From contig JAFTIJ010000178.1 in assembly GCA_017456965.1 (NCBI GenBank), positions 1 through 43,857 on the forward strand: a DNA stretch of 43,857 nucleotides, given 5' to 3'. Made by a program: the position numbers and the translations under genes. Within the stretch, counting starts at the first letter, position 1. Each line of letters begins with the position of its first letter. The notes under the pieces were generated by a model that was given only the letters and a program-made list of their open reading frames with translations, was not told the origin of the DNA and did no database searches. Positions 32,960-42,442 of this stretch are shown here, in pieces. The DNA comes from Clostridia bacterium. Its GTDB lineage: Bacteria > Bacillota > Clostridia > Oscillospirales > CAG-272.

Positions 32960-33595
32960 ATGGCTCATCACGAAATATCCGTTGCGACGATCCAAAGATT
33001 GCCACTTTATCTCGACTACCTCAAATCCGTTGAGAAGGATATAGAGTTTATTTCCGCCACCACCATCGCGTTCTCGCTCGGTCTCGGAGAGGTACAGGTA
33101 CGCAAGGACCTTGCGTCGGTATCCTCCTCGGGAAAGCCGAAGATCGGGTACAACATCCATGAGCTGATCTCGCAGCTTGAAGATGCATTGGGTTATCATC
33201 ATGTGAATAACGCCATCATCGTCGGCGCGGGCAAGCTCGGATGCGCGCTTCTGGGGTATGAGGGGTTTTGTCGTTCGGGACTGGAGATCCTTGCGGCGTT
33301 TGATTCCGATCAGACGAAGGCAGGGCAGTACGAATCCGGAAAACCCATCTACACCGTGGATGCGTTACCCGACTTTTGCAGAGACAAAGAGGTGCGTATC
33401 GGTATCATTACCGTTCCCGGCGAACACGCGCAGAAGGTGTGTGATCTGCTGGTTGAGGCGGGGATCCTTGCCATCTGGAACTTTGCACCCGTCAGATTGG
33501 ATATTCCCAAAAACATCATCGTAAAAAATGAAAACATGGCTTCCTCTCTCGCCGTCTTGTCCACCAGTCTGGCGAAGAAGTTAAGAGAAGCCTGA
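32960..33595 (+). CDS. rex: redox-sensing transcriptional repressor Rex
   Basis: ATIQRLPLYLDYL HTH region, IVGAGKLGCALL Rossmann motif, and C-terminal ILAIWNFAP. Start is ATG 32960 after GGAGA; the alternative start is 32948. Confidence 0.85.
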   Translation: MAHHEISVATIQRLPLYLDYLKSVEKDIEFISATTIAFSLGLGEVQVRKDLASVSSSGKPKIGYNIHELISQLEDALGYHHVNNAIIVGAGKLGCALLGYEGFCRSGLEILAAFDSDQTKAGQYESGKPIYTVDALPDFCRDKEVRIGIITVPGEHAQKVCDLLVEAGILAIWNFAPVRLDIPKNIIVKNENMASSLAVLSTSLAKKLREA

Positions 33596-33612
33596 TCTCG
33601 TGGGCTGCCTAC

Positions 33613-33668
33613 AAAAAGAGCAAGAACAAAAGGATTTTTTCCTTTTGGACTTGCTCTTTTCTTTTTTG
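33613..33668 (+). terminator. rho-independent terminator after rex
   Basis: Long stem aaaagagcaag...cttgctctttt with an inner caaaagg/ccttttg helix, followed by cttttttg. Confidence 0.85.
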
Positions 33669-33775
33669 CGTGGTATCCTGTATCATGAAATCAATGGATG
33701 AAATTTTAAAATCCTGTATAATTTCCTTTCCTTTTATCGTCTTTTATAATAGAAGTATTCTATGAAAGGAAGAAA

Positions 33776-36385
33776 ATGATGATGAAGAAAAAACAAGTAA
33801 TCGTGACGATGCTGATCGTCGCAGTTGCCATCGCGGCGGTATTATGCATCCGTCCCGTGTATGCCATCTTTTTTGGCGGTGGCTATGGGGTGACACAGGC
33901 GAATTTACATACCGCATCAACCCACACGAGCTTTACCGTAACGGAGGAGGGGATCGCACGCGTGTATACCGATTTTCTCGGCTATGACAGCGCGGTCGGC
34001 ACAGAGCTTCAGATCACGCTTTTACGTGATGGCGAGGAGGTCGTGTCCGACGTGCACGTTGTACGGGAGAGATCGCATACCGAGGTCTATGAGTATCCCC
34101 TCTACGAGGTAGGCGAGTATCAGTGTACCGTCGTCTATACTGTGAGCGGCGCGGACGGCACGAGCGACGTGATCCGATTCGAGGGCTCAGCGACGTGCAC
34201 TGTGCCTGCCAAGGCAGTTGTAACAAATCCGTTTCCGCCGACGGAGGAAACGCTATACAACGGGAGCGGCAAGCTCGTTGAGAAGCTCGTGACAGAGTAT
34301 GATGACAAGGGTAACCGTATTCTCGATACCGTGACGGACGGGCAGGGGCGTCTGATCGCAACGCTCTCCTATCACGCCGTGAGCCGTGAGCGTGACGGCT
34401 ATTATACACTCGGAACGTGGCAGGATATCCGCGAGGGTGTGATCCCGCTTGCGGTAGCTTCCTTTACCGTATGGGATACCAACGGCGCGAAGCTCGTCAC
34501 GGGCTCACAGGTGTATGACGAGCAGGGCGGTATTGCGCTGACCATTCAGCGCACGGACGGCACCAAGGAGACGCGCCGATTTGATGAGAATGGGCGCATC
34601 CTTTCCGTGACGGCGTATAACGCGGCGCAGGAGATTACGGAGACGCGACGCTACGAGTATACGGACGGTGGCCATATCTGCTACGTGGAGTCGGATGCGA
34701 CGCCCGATACCGTGACATGGGAGCACTATGACGCGCACGGCGTTTTGCTGACGGAGGACCGATACCGTCGGGACGGCATCCTTGCCGAGCGGACGCATTA
34801 CGACGCAAGCGGTGGTATCACGGGTGTGGAATATTACGATCAGGGCGGTGAGATCACGCGAGAGATCCTCTATCCCGTCCCGACAGACGGCGAGCGCCGT
34901 ACGGAGCGCACCTATGCCGACGAGTGGATCACCGACCGCGATACGGAGGAGCGTATGATCGTGGGAGAACGGGAGTACGACGCAGACGGCGTGCTGATCC
35001 GTATGAGCTCCTATCACGGTGGGGTGCTTTTTGAAGAGACCTTCTCCCATGGCAATCAGCTTACGGAGACCTACTTGCGTAAGGGGACGGAGGGCGTGCG
35101 GACCTTTTACGGTCTCGACGGCTCCGTTACCCGTGTAACGCGCTACCAATATGCCGAGGACGGCAGAGCGCTCGGGGAATATACCTATCGCGGTACGACC
35201 CTTCTCTCCGCTGTTCTGTATGAGGACGACGGCACCTCGATTACGTTGACCTATCGCCCCGACGGCGCGGCAGAAACCGCGGTATATACGGATCAGAACG
35301 GACAGATCACAGAGAAAAGATACTACGCCGCTGACGGTAGCTATACGTCCTCTGCCTTCCGATACGATAGCAAGGGACGCATCAGCGAAGAGACGCGCAA
35401 GAGCATGGATAATTTCAGCGATCTGCTCGACAGTCCCGGTGTACCGACGACCGTGATTCAGAATCCTGCGTCCAAGGGATATCGCTTTGGTAAGATCGAG
35501 ACACCTGTCATGACGGTCATGACAGGCAAATACAGCTATAACGGTGATCGGCTGACGAAGATCACGTATTACGATGACGGGGACGGCACGCTTGCCTTGC
35601 GCGTGGACTATCGCTACGGTCAGCACGGCGTTTCCGAGATCCTGTGGTACACGGAGGGCACGACCCTGATCGAAAAGCAGACCTTCCGCTATCGTGCGGA
35701 CGGCACGCTGATGAGTATGACAGATTTTGACTACGAGATCACGACAAGTGCGCCTAAGACGGTCACGGAGTATGCATCCGACGGCGTTACCGTGTCCGCA
35801 CGAACGACGTACGGCAGAGACGGCAAGGTCGCGACCGAGGACTACTACCGTGCAGACGGACAGCCCGACAGAGTTCTTTTTTATCAAAACGGCGCACATA
35901 TCAAAACCGAGCAGTATACCTATGATGAGAACGGCGTGCCGCTTGGCAGTCAAACGACCGCCGCAAACGGCACGAGACTTGCAGAGCGCGTTTATAAGGA
36001 CGGCAGGCTCTCGTATGAGAAGGAGTGGGTCAAGCAGACGGTCGTAAGCTATGCGTCGGCGGGCGCAAAGCCGACCACCAAGGAGCAGACTGTGATCCGT
36101 CTTATAACTTATACCTACGACAAGGAGGGCTATCTTTCCGAGGTTCGAGAGGAGAGAGGCGGCGCGTTGTACACGGTTGCATCCTATCAGCATACCTCGC
36201 GCGGCGTATTGAATCAAGTGATCCTCAAGATAAACGAGGCGCAGATGACGTGTGCGTACGACGCCTGCGGTATGGCGACGCAGGATAAGATGACTGTTTA
36301 CAATTATATTCTCTACGGCGTCAGCTACGCACAGCTACAGGGGCTTGGCGAGGTATCGACCTATATCTGCCGATACGATTTCTGA
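33776..36385 (+). CDS. membrane-anchored YD-repeat-like protein with shared N-terminal domain
   Basis: N-terminal hydrophobic anchor. A roughly 100-aa domain similar to those in 4125..5521. Then well over ten degenerate Y.YD..G.L-type units (RYEYTDGG, EREYDADGVL, FRYDSKGRI, YTYDENGVP and others). No C-terminal toxin-like domain recognised. Confidence 0.75.
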   Translation: MMMKKKQVIVTMLIVAVAIAAVLCIRPVYAIFFGGGYGVTQANLHTASTHTSFTVTEEGIARVYTDFLGYDSAVGTELQITLLRDGEEVVSDVHVVRERSHTEVYEYPLYEVGEYQCTVVYTVSGADGTSDVIRFEGSATCTVPAKAVVTNPFPPTEETLYNGSGKLVEKLVTEYDDKGNRILDTVTDGQGRLIATLSYHAVSRERDGYYTLGTWQDIREGVIPLAVASFTVWDTNGAKLVTGSQVYDEQGGIALTIQRTDGTKETRRFDENGRILSVTAYNAAQEITETRRYEYTDGGHICYVESDATPDTVTWEHYDAHGVLLTEDRYRRDGILAERTHYDASGGITGVEYYDQGGEITREILYPVPTDGERRTERTYADEWITDRDTEERMIVGEREYDADGVLIRMSSYHGGVLFEETFSHGNQLTETYLRKGTEGVRTFYGLDGSVTRVTRYQYAEDGRALGEYTYRGTTLLSAVLYEDDGTSITLTYRPDGAAETAVYTDQNGQITEKRYYAADGSYTSSAFRYDSKGRISEETRKSMDNFSDLLDSPGVPTTVIQNPASKGYRFGKIETPVMTVMTGKYSYNGDRLTKITYYDDGDGTLALRVDYRYGQHGVSEILWYTEGTTLIEKQTFRYRADGTLMSMTDFDYEITTSAPKTVTEYASDGVTVSARTTYGRDGKVATEDYYRADGQPDRVLFYQNGAHIKTEQYTYDENGVPLGSQTTAANGTRLAERVYKDGRLSYEKEWVKQTVVSYASAGAKPTTKEQTVIRLITYTYDKEGYLSEVREERGGALYTVASYQHTSRGVLNQVILKINEAQMTCAYDACGMATQDKMTVYNYILYGVSYAQLQGLGEVSTYICRYDF

Positions 36386-36418
36386 GACATCGACACAGCA
36401 AAGGAGTAATAGACCAAA

Positions 36419-36970
36419 ATGATGAGTCTGTTTCTGTCCATGCTCGATAACGAGACAGACAGGATAAATTTTGAAAGGATATATAAAAAATATTCTGACG
36501 GCATATTCCGCCGCGTTCTCTCCATGACGCGCAATGTACAGGATGCGGAGGATATTGTGCAGGAGTGCTGGATCAAGGCCGCAAAAAACATGGCGCTTTT
36601 TCGGGGAAGGGACGAGAGTATGATCCGCTCTTATATCATGCGTATCGCCTATCACGAGACGGTCTCCTTTGCGCGCACCAAAAAGCGAGAGGCGGCGCTT
36701 GTGACCGAGCTTGAGGATGCAGAGCCGCTTGCGGACGATGGGGAGCTTTTCACCGTGTGCGAGCGGGAGGGCGTGGAGACGATCCGTGCGTGCATCCGCG
36801 AGCTCGGCGACGTTTACAGCGAGACGCTGATCTATCATTATCTCTATCACTATACGCCGAAGGAGATCGCGACGATGCTGGATATGAAGGAGATCACCGT
36901 AAGAAAAAGAATATCCCGCGGACGGGAAAGGTTAGTGAAATTATTGGAGAGGAGGGGGATCCATGACTGA
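36419..36970 (+). CDS. RNA polymerase sigma factor, ECF/sigma-70 family, paralog of 2801..3361
   Basis: DAEDIVQECW...YIMRIAYHETVSFAR (region 2) and YHYTPKEIATMLDMKEITVRKRISRGRERL (region 4). Same N-terminal (F/Y)LSM(L/I) start as the first sigma. Confidence 0.85.
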   Translation: MMSLFLSMLDNETDRINFERIYKKYSDGIFRRVLSMTRNVQDAEDIVQECWIKAAKNMALFRGRDESMIRSYIMRIAYHETVSFARTKKREAALVTELEDAEPLADDGELFTVCEREGVETIRACIRELGDVYSETLIYHYLYHYTPKEIATMLDMKEITVRKRISRGRERLVKLLERRGIHD

Positions 36971-37637
36971 TGACAAGAGTGGCAGACAACGCTTGGAGGA
37001 GGCGCTGTTATTGTACGATCGGGCGTATTACGACTCGTTTCCCGTAGCGACGGAAAAGTATACGCACACGCGTGGCTTTGGGAAACGAATGCGCGAGGCA
37101 CTGTTTCAAGCGCCATCGCAGACGGAGAATGCGAGATCGCTTGGCAAGCGCACGGTGTTTATGCTGCTTGCCGCCGCGCTGATGGTGGCGGGGGCGATGG
37201 GAGTGACGGCGATCGGAGAGCGCCACGGCGGCTTCTATCTGCATTCGGGGGGCAATTTTATGGAGCTTGTCTCGGGTGGCGAGTATGCCGCGGGGGCACC
37301 TATGCGCATTGAGACGGTATACTGTCCGACCGTGCCGTCGGCGTTTCGCGTGACGAGGGAGCATGTTACCTCATACGAGGTGAAATATATCTGGGAGGAT
37401 GAGACGGGTGCGCGGATCATTTTCACCCAGCTTCTGCTCGGTGCGAAATCCACGATGGATAATGAAAACGCGGATCTCCATATCCGCTACGTCGGTCACC
37501 TGCGCCTCGCTTGCTCCGACAAAAACGGACTGAAGAGCTTCTATTGGAATGACTCGGGGTATTCCTTCTCGCTCGTGGTTCCAAGTGCAATGCCCGATGC
37601 CGTATGCGTGGAGCTCATACGCTCCGCTTGTGAATAG
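36963..37637 (+). CDS. single-pass putative anti-sigma factor with DUF4367-like domain, paralog of 3358..4122
   Basis: 8-nt overlap with the sigma gene. One TM segment (TVFMLLAAALMVAGAMGVTAI). The C-terminal domain ends GYSFSLVVPSAMPDAVCVELIRSA, like GYAFELSGPTTVSREDYVRMIESL in the paralog. Confidence 0.55.
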   Translation: MTDDKSGRQRLEEALLLYDRAYYDSFPVATEKYTHTRGFGKRMREALFQAPSQTENARSLGKRTVFMLLAAALMVAGAMGVTAIGERHGGFYLHSGGNFMELVSGGEYAAGAPMRIETVYCPTVPSAFRVTREHVTSYEVKYIWEDETGARIIFTQLLLGAKSTMDNENADLHIRYVGHLRLACSDKNGLKSFYWNDSGYSFSLVVPSAMPDAVCVELIRSACE

Positions 37638-37656
37638 AGATCGAAAGGGGACCCGT

Positions 37657-40119
37657 ATGAAGAAATGGATTGTTTTTTCGGCGGCGCTGACGGCCGTATT
37701 GCTGAGTGTCTGCGTATGCATCACACCCGTCCGTGCACTGTTTTTTGAGATCACGGAGCCCGAGCAGGTCAATCTCCATACCGCCAAGACGCATACCGCT
37801 TTTTTGATCACGGAGGAGGGGCTCGCCCGTGTTTGCGTGGATTATCTCGGCTATGAGAGCGCGGCGGGCGGAAGCGTGCGGGTCACGATCCGCTCCGAGC
37901 GAGATTCGGTGGTCGACCGGACCTACGATATCGAGGGAAATCTGCATTTTGAGGTATATGAGTATCCTTTGTATGAGACGGGGCGCTACCATTGCACCGT
38001 CGTGTATACGATACGGGGAAATACGGCGGGTACCGACGTTATTACCTTTGAGGGTGATGCCGAGTGCCTGATCCCTGCGGTAGTGCCTGAGGTCCATCTG
38101 CCGACAGAGCAGGTTTTGCTTGATCAGAACGGAAAGCTTTGTGAAAAGCTTCTGATCGAGCACGGAAAAAACGGTGAGCGTCTCCGTGACGCCGTGTACG
38201 ATGCGGGCGGCAATAAGATCGCAGAGTTTTTGTATCATACAAAAACGCCGTACAACGCCTCCTTGGACGCATACTATGCTCTCGGTACGTTACATGAGAT
38301 CAAGCAGCACGAGATCCCGCCGGCGACGGCATCCTTTACCGTTTGGGATTCGGGCGGGAGAAAGGTGATGTCGGGATATGGCGTATACCTTGAGGACAAT
38401 CGGGTGCATCTCACCGTGAATGACGGCAATGACGGCTTTCTGCTATCCGAGAGCCGTGAGTACGATGCCGATGGGCGAGTGACCCTTGTCATCGGATACG
38501 ACGCCGAGGGGAACACGATCAGAACGAGCTCCTATGAGTACGGTACAGAGAGCTACGTCTGCATATACAAAGACGGGGAAACGACCGTTTATGAGACCTA
38601 CGGTAATGACGGCGCTCTGCAAAAAAAGGAGACCGTCAATGCGGACGGACTGCTTGCAAGTGAGACCGTATATCAATACGACGAGGCAACCGAGACCTTG
38701 CGACCGTCATCCGTTACCGATTTTTTCTACACGCCCGACGGTGAGCGTGAACACGTGCTTACGTATGACGGGGAGCACAGACTGCTCGGACGGACGGATT
38801 ACGAGGGTGGGCTCGTGCTCACGGAAACGTCGTATCTAAGAAACGGAGAGGTCTCCCAAAAGACGCTTTACGAGTACGATACGGAGAAAAAACTGAGCAA
38901 AAAAACGTGTTACCGTGACGGTAGCTTGTTTGCCGTGTGGTATCCGCTAAAGAATAGCGAGCTTCTCTACGTGGAGCACGGAGAGCACGGCATCGTGGAG
39001 CTTGCACAGTATCGGAGTCGGGACAATATTCTGACGGAGCAGATCCGATTTGATCATGAGAGCTCCCGCTATGAGTACTCGACGTTCCGCTATGACGAGC
39101 GAGGGCGTATGATCGAGGAGAATATTGAGGTGCTGTACGGCTTTGGCGGGCATTTCCATGAGGATATTTCTGCGCTGTACGCCTATGACGTTTCCTATGT
39201 CCCCTATATTTCCGTCGGACAGGATCTGTCGCAAACGCATGAGAGCACACGCCGCTATCGGTACGATACGGACGACCGCCTCACGGAGATGTCGATCTAT
39301 GAGCAGGGGGCACTCTGTTACGTGGAGGGCTACGCCTACAGAGAGGACGGAACGGTGCTGAAAAAGACAGTCTCTCAATATCAAAGCGAGAGATTGCGCT
39401 CTGAGGTCGTGACAGACTTTGCCGCCGACGGCAGGACACCGACAAGACAGACAACGTACAACAGGGGCAGAAGCATCTTGTCGAGAACCTATTATCGCGC
39501 AGACGGTATCCCCGAGATCACGACGTCGTATGAGGGTGAGATCCCGACGCAGGAGAAACGGTATGAGTACACCGAGGACGGGGTTTTTCTTTCCGCGACG
39601 CTTACGGATGCATACGGTATGTTTCTTTCACGCACGCAATATGCGTATGATGAATACGGACGACTGTCTCTTGCAGAGCATATCAATTGGCAGGGCGTGA
39701 CGGTCAACGGCGTTTCGTTTACGTATGACGACGCGGGGCGACGCCTCTCCAAGACCACCCGCGTGTTACAGACGGTCACCGAGCTCAGCGGAGACGGTAC
39801 ACCGATCACGGGGCAAAAGAATATGACATATCGCGAAATTTACGCTTATGACGAAAAGGGTCAGCTTACGGATCTGACGGAGAGCATCAATGCAAACGTC
39901 GTCCGTCATACCTGCTATCAGTATTACGCGACGGGCACGCTTGCACGCACCGTCGTGACGACTGCCAAGGGTAAGCTGAGCACAGACTACGACCGCTACG
40001 GAATTGTCGTAAAGGAAACCATGACCGTTGACAGTCTCAGGGATCCGGATTATTTTTATGAGAGCATACCGCGGTACAACGACTTTCGTTGTGATTACCG
40101 CGACCGGTGCAGTGAATAA
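37657..40119 (+). CDS. membrane-anchored YD-repeat-like protein, paralog of 33776..36385
   Basis: The ORF is trimmed to ATG 37657 after GAAAGGGGA. Same anchor motif (ITPVRALFF versus IRPVYAIFF). Same N-terminal domain and YD-like units (SREYDADGRV, FRYDERGRM, YRYDTDDRL, FTYDDAGRR). Confidence 0.75.
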   Translation: MKKWIVFSAALTAVLLSVCVCITPVRALFFEITEPEQVNLHTAKTHTAFLITEEGLARVCVDYLGYESAAGGSVRVTIRSERDSVVDRTYDIEGNLHFEVYEYPLYETGRYHCTVVYTIRGNTAGTDVITFEGDAECLIPAVVPEVHLPTEQVLLDQNGKLCEKLLIEHGKNGERLRDAVYDAGGNKIAEFLYHTKTPYNASLDAYYALGTLHEIKQHEIPPATASFTVWDSGGRKVMSGYGVYLEDNRVHLTVNDGNDGFLLSESREYDADGRVTLVIGYDAEGNTIRTSSYEYGTESYVCIYKDGETTVYETYGNDGALQKKETVNADGLLASETVYQYDEATETLRPSSVTDFFYTPDGEREHVLTYDGEHRLLGRTDYEGGLVLTETSYLRNGEVSQKTLYEYDTEKKLSKKTCYRDGSLFAVWYPLKNSELLYVEHGEHGIVELAQYRSRDNILTEQIRFDHESSRYEYSTFRYDERGRMIEENIEVLYGFGGHFHEDISALYAYDVSYVPYISVGQDLSQTHESTRRYRYDTDDRLTEMSIYEQGALCYVEGYAYREDGTVLKKTVSQYQSERLRSEVVTDFAADGRTPTRQTTYNRGRSILSRTYYRADGIPEITTSYEGEIPTQEKRYEYTEDGVFLSATLTDAYGMFLSRTQYAYDEYGRLSLAEHINWQGVTVNGVSFTYDDAGRRLSKTTRVLQTVTELSGDGTPITGQKNMTYREIYAYDEKGQLTDLTESINANVVRHTCYQYYATGTLARTVVTTAKGKLSTDYDRYGIVVKETMTVDSLRDPDYFYESIPRYNDFRCDYRDRCSE

Positions 40120-40125
40120 AGATAA

Positions 40126-40160
40126 ATCCGAACCTCACCGTCGTGTGATAAGGTTCGGAT
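40126..40160 (+). terminator. hairpin after the second YD-repeat gene (terminator candidate)
   Basis: 10-bp stem atccgaacct/aggttcggat with a 15-nt loop and no U-tract. Confidence 0.35.
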
Positions 40161-40269
40161 CATTGCTGTCGCCACCCGATATTTGGGTGCCGACACTGTC
40201 GGCCGGTCTGAGAATATCAGATTTCCGTCTGCATGAGCGATGGAGCGGCCTTCTGAAATACAATAGAAA

Positions 40270-40875
40270 ATGAGAGTAAGCTTTATGACAAAACAGAAAA
40301 TTCATCGGGTGCTTATGCCACTTGCCGCCATTGCTCTGATTCTGATCGGTACGGCTTTACTTCTATACGCCTTGTCTGTAAACAATTGGAGCATCATATG
40401 TCTGCCGTTGTTGCTTTTCGCAATGGGACTGATGCTGTTGATCGTTGTGATCAACAAAGCAAATGATGCTCCCACCGATGGAATAAACAAAGAAATGAGC
40501 GCAAGGATCAAGCTGCTGCTGATTCTCGTGGGTGTGGTATTCAGCACGGGCTCCTTCCTGTATGAATATACGATCCCGTATGAGGATCCCGTTATCGGGA
40601 CAGTCATCCTGTCCGTGGATATCGTACTGCTTCTTTTGAATCTCTTTTATCTGTCCGTTGTTCTGACGGGAAACGTAAGCCGATCCATCATCAATTCCGT
40701 TTTATCCTCACTGCTGTACCTTACGGGGCTCTCGGGGGTGCTGATGGCCTTGGCGGAAGGAAATGCGAGCCTACGTCTGCTTTTGGGTATATTACAGGTC
40801 TTGATCTATGCCGCGCCCTCGATCATTCTGCTGTTACCCGTCATTTATTTTATAGCGTTGATCTTCGGGGGATAA
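40270..40875 (+). CDS. polytopic membrane protein of unknown function
   Basis: Several hydrophobic helices and no recognisable family. The start is uncertain (ATG 40270 or 40285). The local DNA is visibly more AT-rich than its surroundings. Confidence 0.5.
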   Translation: MRVSFMTKQKIHRVLMPLAAIALILIGTALLLYALSVNNWSIICLPLLLFAMGLMLLIVVINKANDAPTDGINKEMSARIKLLLILVGVVFSTGSFLYEYTIPYEDPVIGTVILSVDIVLLLLNLFYLSVVLTGNVSRSIINSVLSSLLYLTGLSGVLMALAEGNASLRLLLGILQVLIYAAPSIILLLPVIYFIALIFGG

Positions 40876-40895
40876 AACAAAGGGGGAAATTTCAT

Positions 40896-41291
40896 ATGTT
40901 TTTTATAGGAATTTTTCTTTGTGTTGTGATTGCCGTTATCGTCGGCATTGCGATACCGAAAAGGGGGGACTACAGTAAGTCGGATCGGATAGGCGTTGTA
41001 TTTAACGTGATCCTTTCGGTTCTCTACGTGCCCATATCGTTGTTCAGTGTGTTTTCGCTTTATGCCGCGGATAGTATGTTGATGTATTCCGAGCCTGCTC
41101 GGAAGATCGTTGAGCTTATGATTACGGTCGGCTTGTCGATGCCTTTTGTATCTATATTATGTATCGCGCTTTCCGTTTTCTTTCGTAAAAAACAAAAGCG
41201 AGCGTTAAGCTTTACGGTTCAGTTTATCCCTTGCATTCTTTTTATTATCATGATCGTGGCCTTTGAATGGGTAAGCGTTATGCAAGCATAA
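40896..41291 (+). CDS. small polytopic membrane protein of unknown function
   Basis: AAAGGGGGA RBS. Four hydrophobic segments in 131 aa. No family recognised. Confidence 0.55.
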   Translation: MFFIGIFLCVVIAVIVGIAIPKRGDYSKSDRIGVVFNVILSVLYVPISLFSVFSLYAADSMLMYSEPARKIVELMITVGLSMPFVSILCIALSVFFRKKQKRALSFTVQFIPCILFIIMIVAFEWVSVMQA

Positions 41292-41319
41292 CCAAGCAAA
41301 TCCGATTAAAATTCTGTAC

Positions 41320-41357
41320 AAAAAACACTTGCAACCATGGATTGCAAGTGTTTTTTG
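41320..41357. terminator. bidirectional rho-independent terminator
   Basis: cacttgcaa/ttgcaagtg 9-bp stem flanked by an A-run upstream and a T-run downstream, between convergent genes. Confidence 0.8.
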
Positions 41358-41368
41358 ATCTATAGCGT

Positions 41369-42400
41369 TTATGCTCTGAGCTCCGCGATATCGTAGATGA
41401 GCTGCTCGGTCTTGGTCCAGCCGAGGCAGGGGTCGGTGATGGACTTGCCGTATACGCCCTCGCCGATCTTCTGGGTGCCGTCCTCAATGTAGCTCTCGAT
41501 CATGAAGCCCTTGACGAGCTTGTTGATGTCTGCGTTCTGGCGGCAGCTCTGCAGAACCTCTTTTGCGATACGGATCTGCTCCAGATACTTCTTGCCGGAG
41601 TTTGCGTGGTTGGTATCCACGATGACCGCCTTGTTCTTGAGATCCTTGGCGGCATAGATCTCTGCGAGGTGCAAAAGATCCTCGTAGTGGTAGTTCGGGA
41701 AGGAGTGACCCTTATCGTCCACGTAGCCGCGCAGGATCGCGTGTGCGAGGGGGTTACCCGTGCTCTCTACCTCCCAGCCGCGGTAGATGAAGGCGTGCGC
41801 GTGCTGAGCGGCGGTGATGGCGTTCATCATGATGGAGAGGTCGCCCGAGGTGGGGTTCTTCATGCCGACGGGGATATCGAGACCGCTGGAGGTCAGACGG
41901 TGCTCCTGGTTCTCAACGGAGCGTGCACCGATGGCAACGTAGGAGAGCAGGTCGTTGAGGTAACGGTAGTTGTCGGGATAGAGCATCTCGTCCGCACAGC
42001 TGAAGCCCGTCTCGCGGAGTGCGCGCATATGGAGCTCACGGATCGCAATGATACCCTTGATCAGGTCGGGCTTGCCGTTCGGATCGGGCTGGTGAAGCAT
42101 ACCCTTGTAGCCGTCGCCTGTGGTGCGGGGCTTACCCGTGTAGATACGGGGGACGATCACGATCTGATCCTTGACCTTCTCCTGTACGGTACGAAGTCTG
42201 GAAATGTAATCGAGAACGCTGTCCTCGTTATCTGCGGAGCAGGGACCGATCACGAGAAGAAACTTGTCGGATTCGCCCGTGAAGACCTTCTGGATCTCTG
42301 CGTCGTTTGCCGCCTTGACTGCGGCGAGCTCGTCGGTGAGGGGGTACTGTGCCTTGATTTCCTGAGGGATCGGAAGCTTACCAATGAAGTTCATATTCAT
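41369..42400 (-). CDS. 3-deoxy-7-phosphoheptulonate (DAHP) synthase, class I alpha (AroF/G/H type)
   Basis: LLVIGPCS, KPRTT, GARSVENQEHR and KSITDPCLGW are collinear with E. coli AroG-type enzymes. Confidence 0.9.
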   Translation of the reverse strand: MNMNFIGKLPIPQEIKAQYPLTDELAAVKAANDAEIQKVFTGESDKFLLVIGPCSADNEDSVLDYISRLRTVQEKVKDQIVIVPRIYTGKPRTTGDGYKGMLHQPDPNGKPDLIKGIIAIRELHMRALRETGFSCADEMLYPDNYRYLNDLLSYVAIGARSVENQEHRLTSSGLDIPVGMKNPTSGDLSIMMNAITAAQHAHAFIYRGWEVESTGNPLAHAILRGYVDDKGHSFPNYHYEDLLHLAEIYAAKDLKNKAVIVDTNHANSGKKYLEQIRIAKEVLQSCRQNADINKLVKGFMIESYIEDGTQKIGEGVYGKSITDPCLGWTKTEQLIYDIAELRA

Positions 42401-42442
42401 AATTATTTACCATCCTTTTCTTGGAGAGATTATAAGATATTT

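Noticed and set aside
832-37656. Extended N-termini offered by the ORF track (starts at 832, 3256, 4074, 4706, 5494, 6006, 10073, 10644, 27659, 28570, 37549)
   Set aside because: Internal ATGs with GGAGG-type RBSs, signal peptides, paralog alignment or ATGA coupling to the upstream stop give better-supported starts. Several of the listed starts are TTG or GTG codons inside upstream genes.
33776-40119. YD-repeat proteins as RHS polymorphic toxins with immunity genes
   Set aside because: I see no RHS core-terminating PxxxxDPxGL motif, no divergent C-terminal toxin domain and no small soluble immunity-like ORF. The gene following the first one is a sigma factor.
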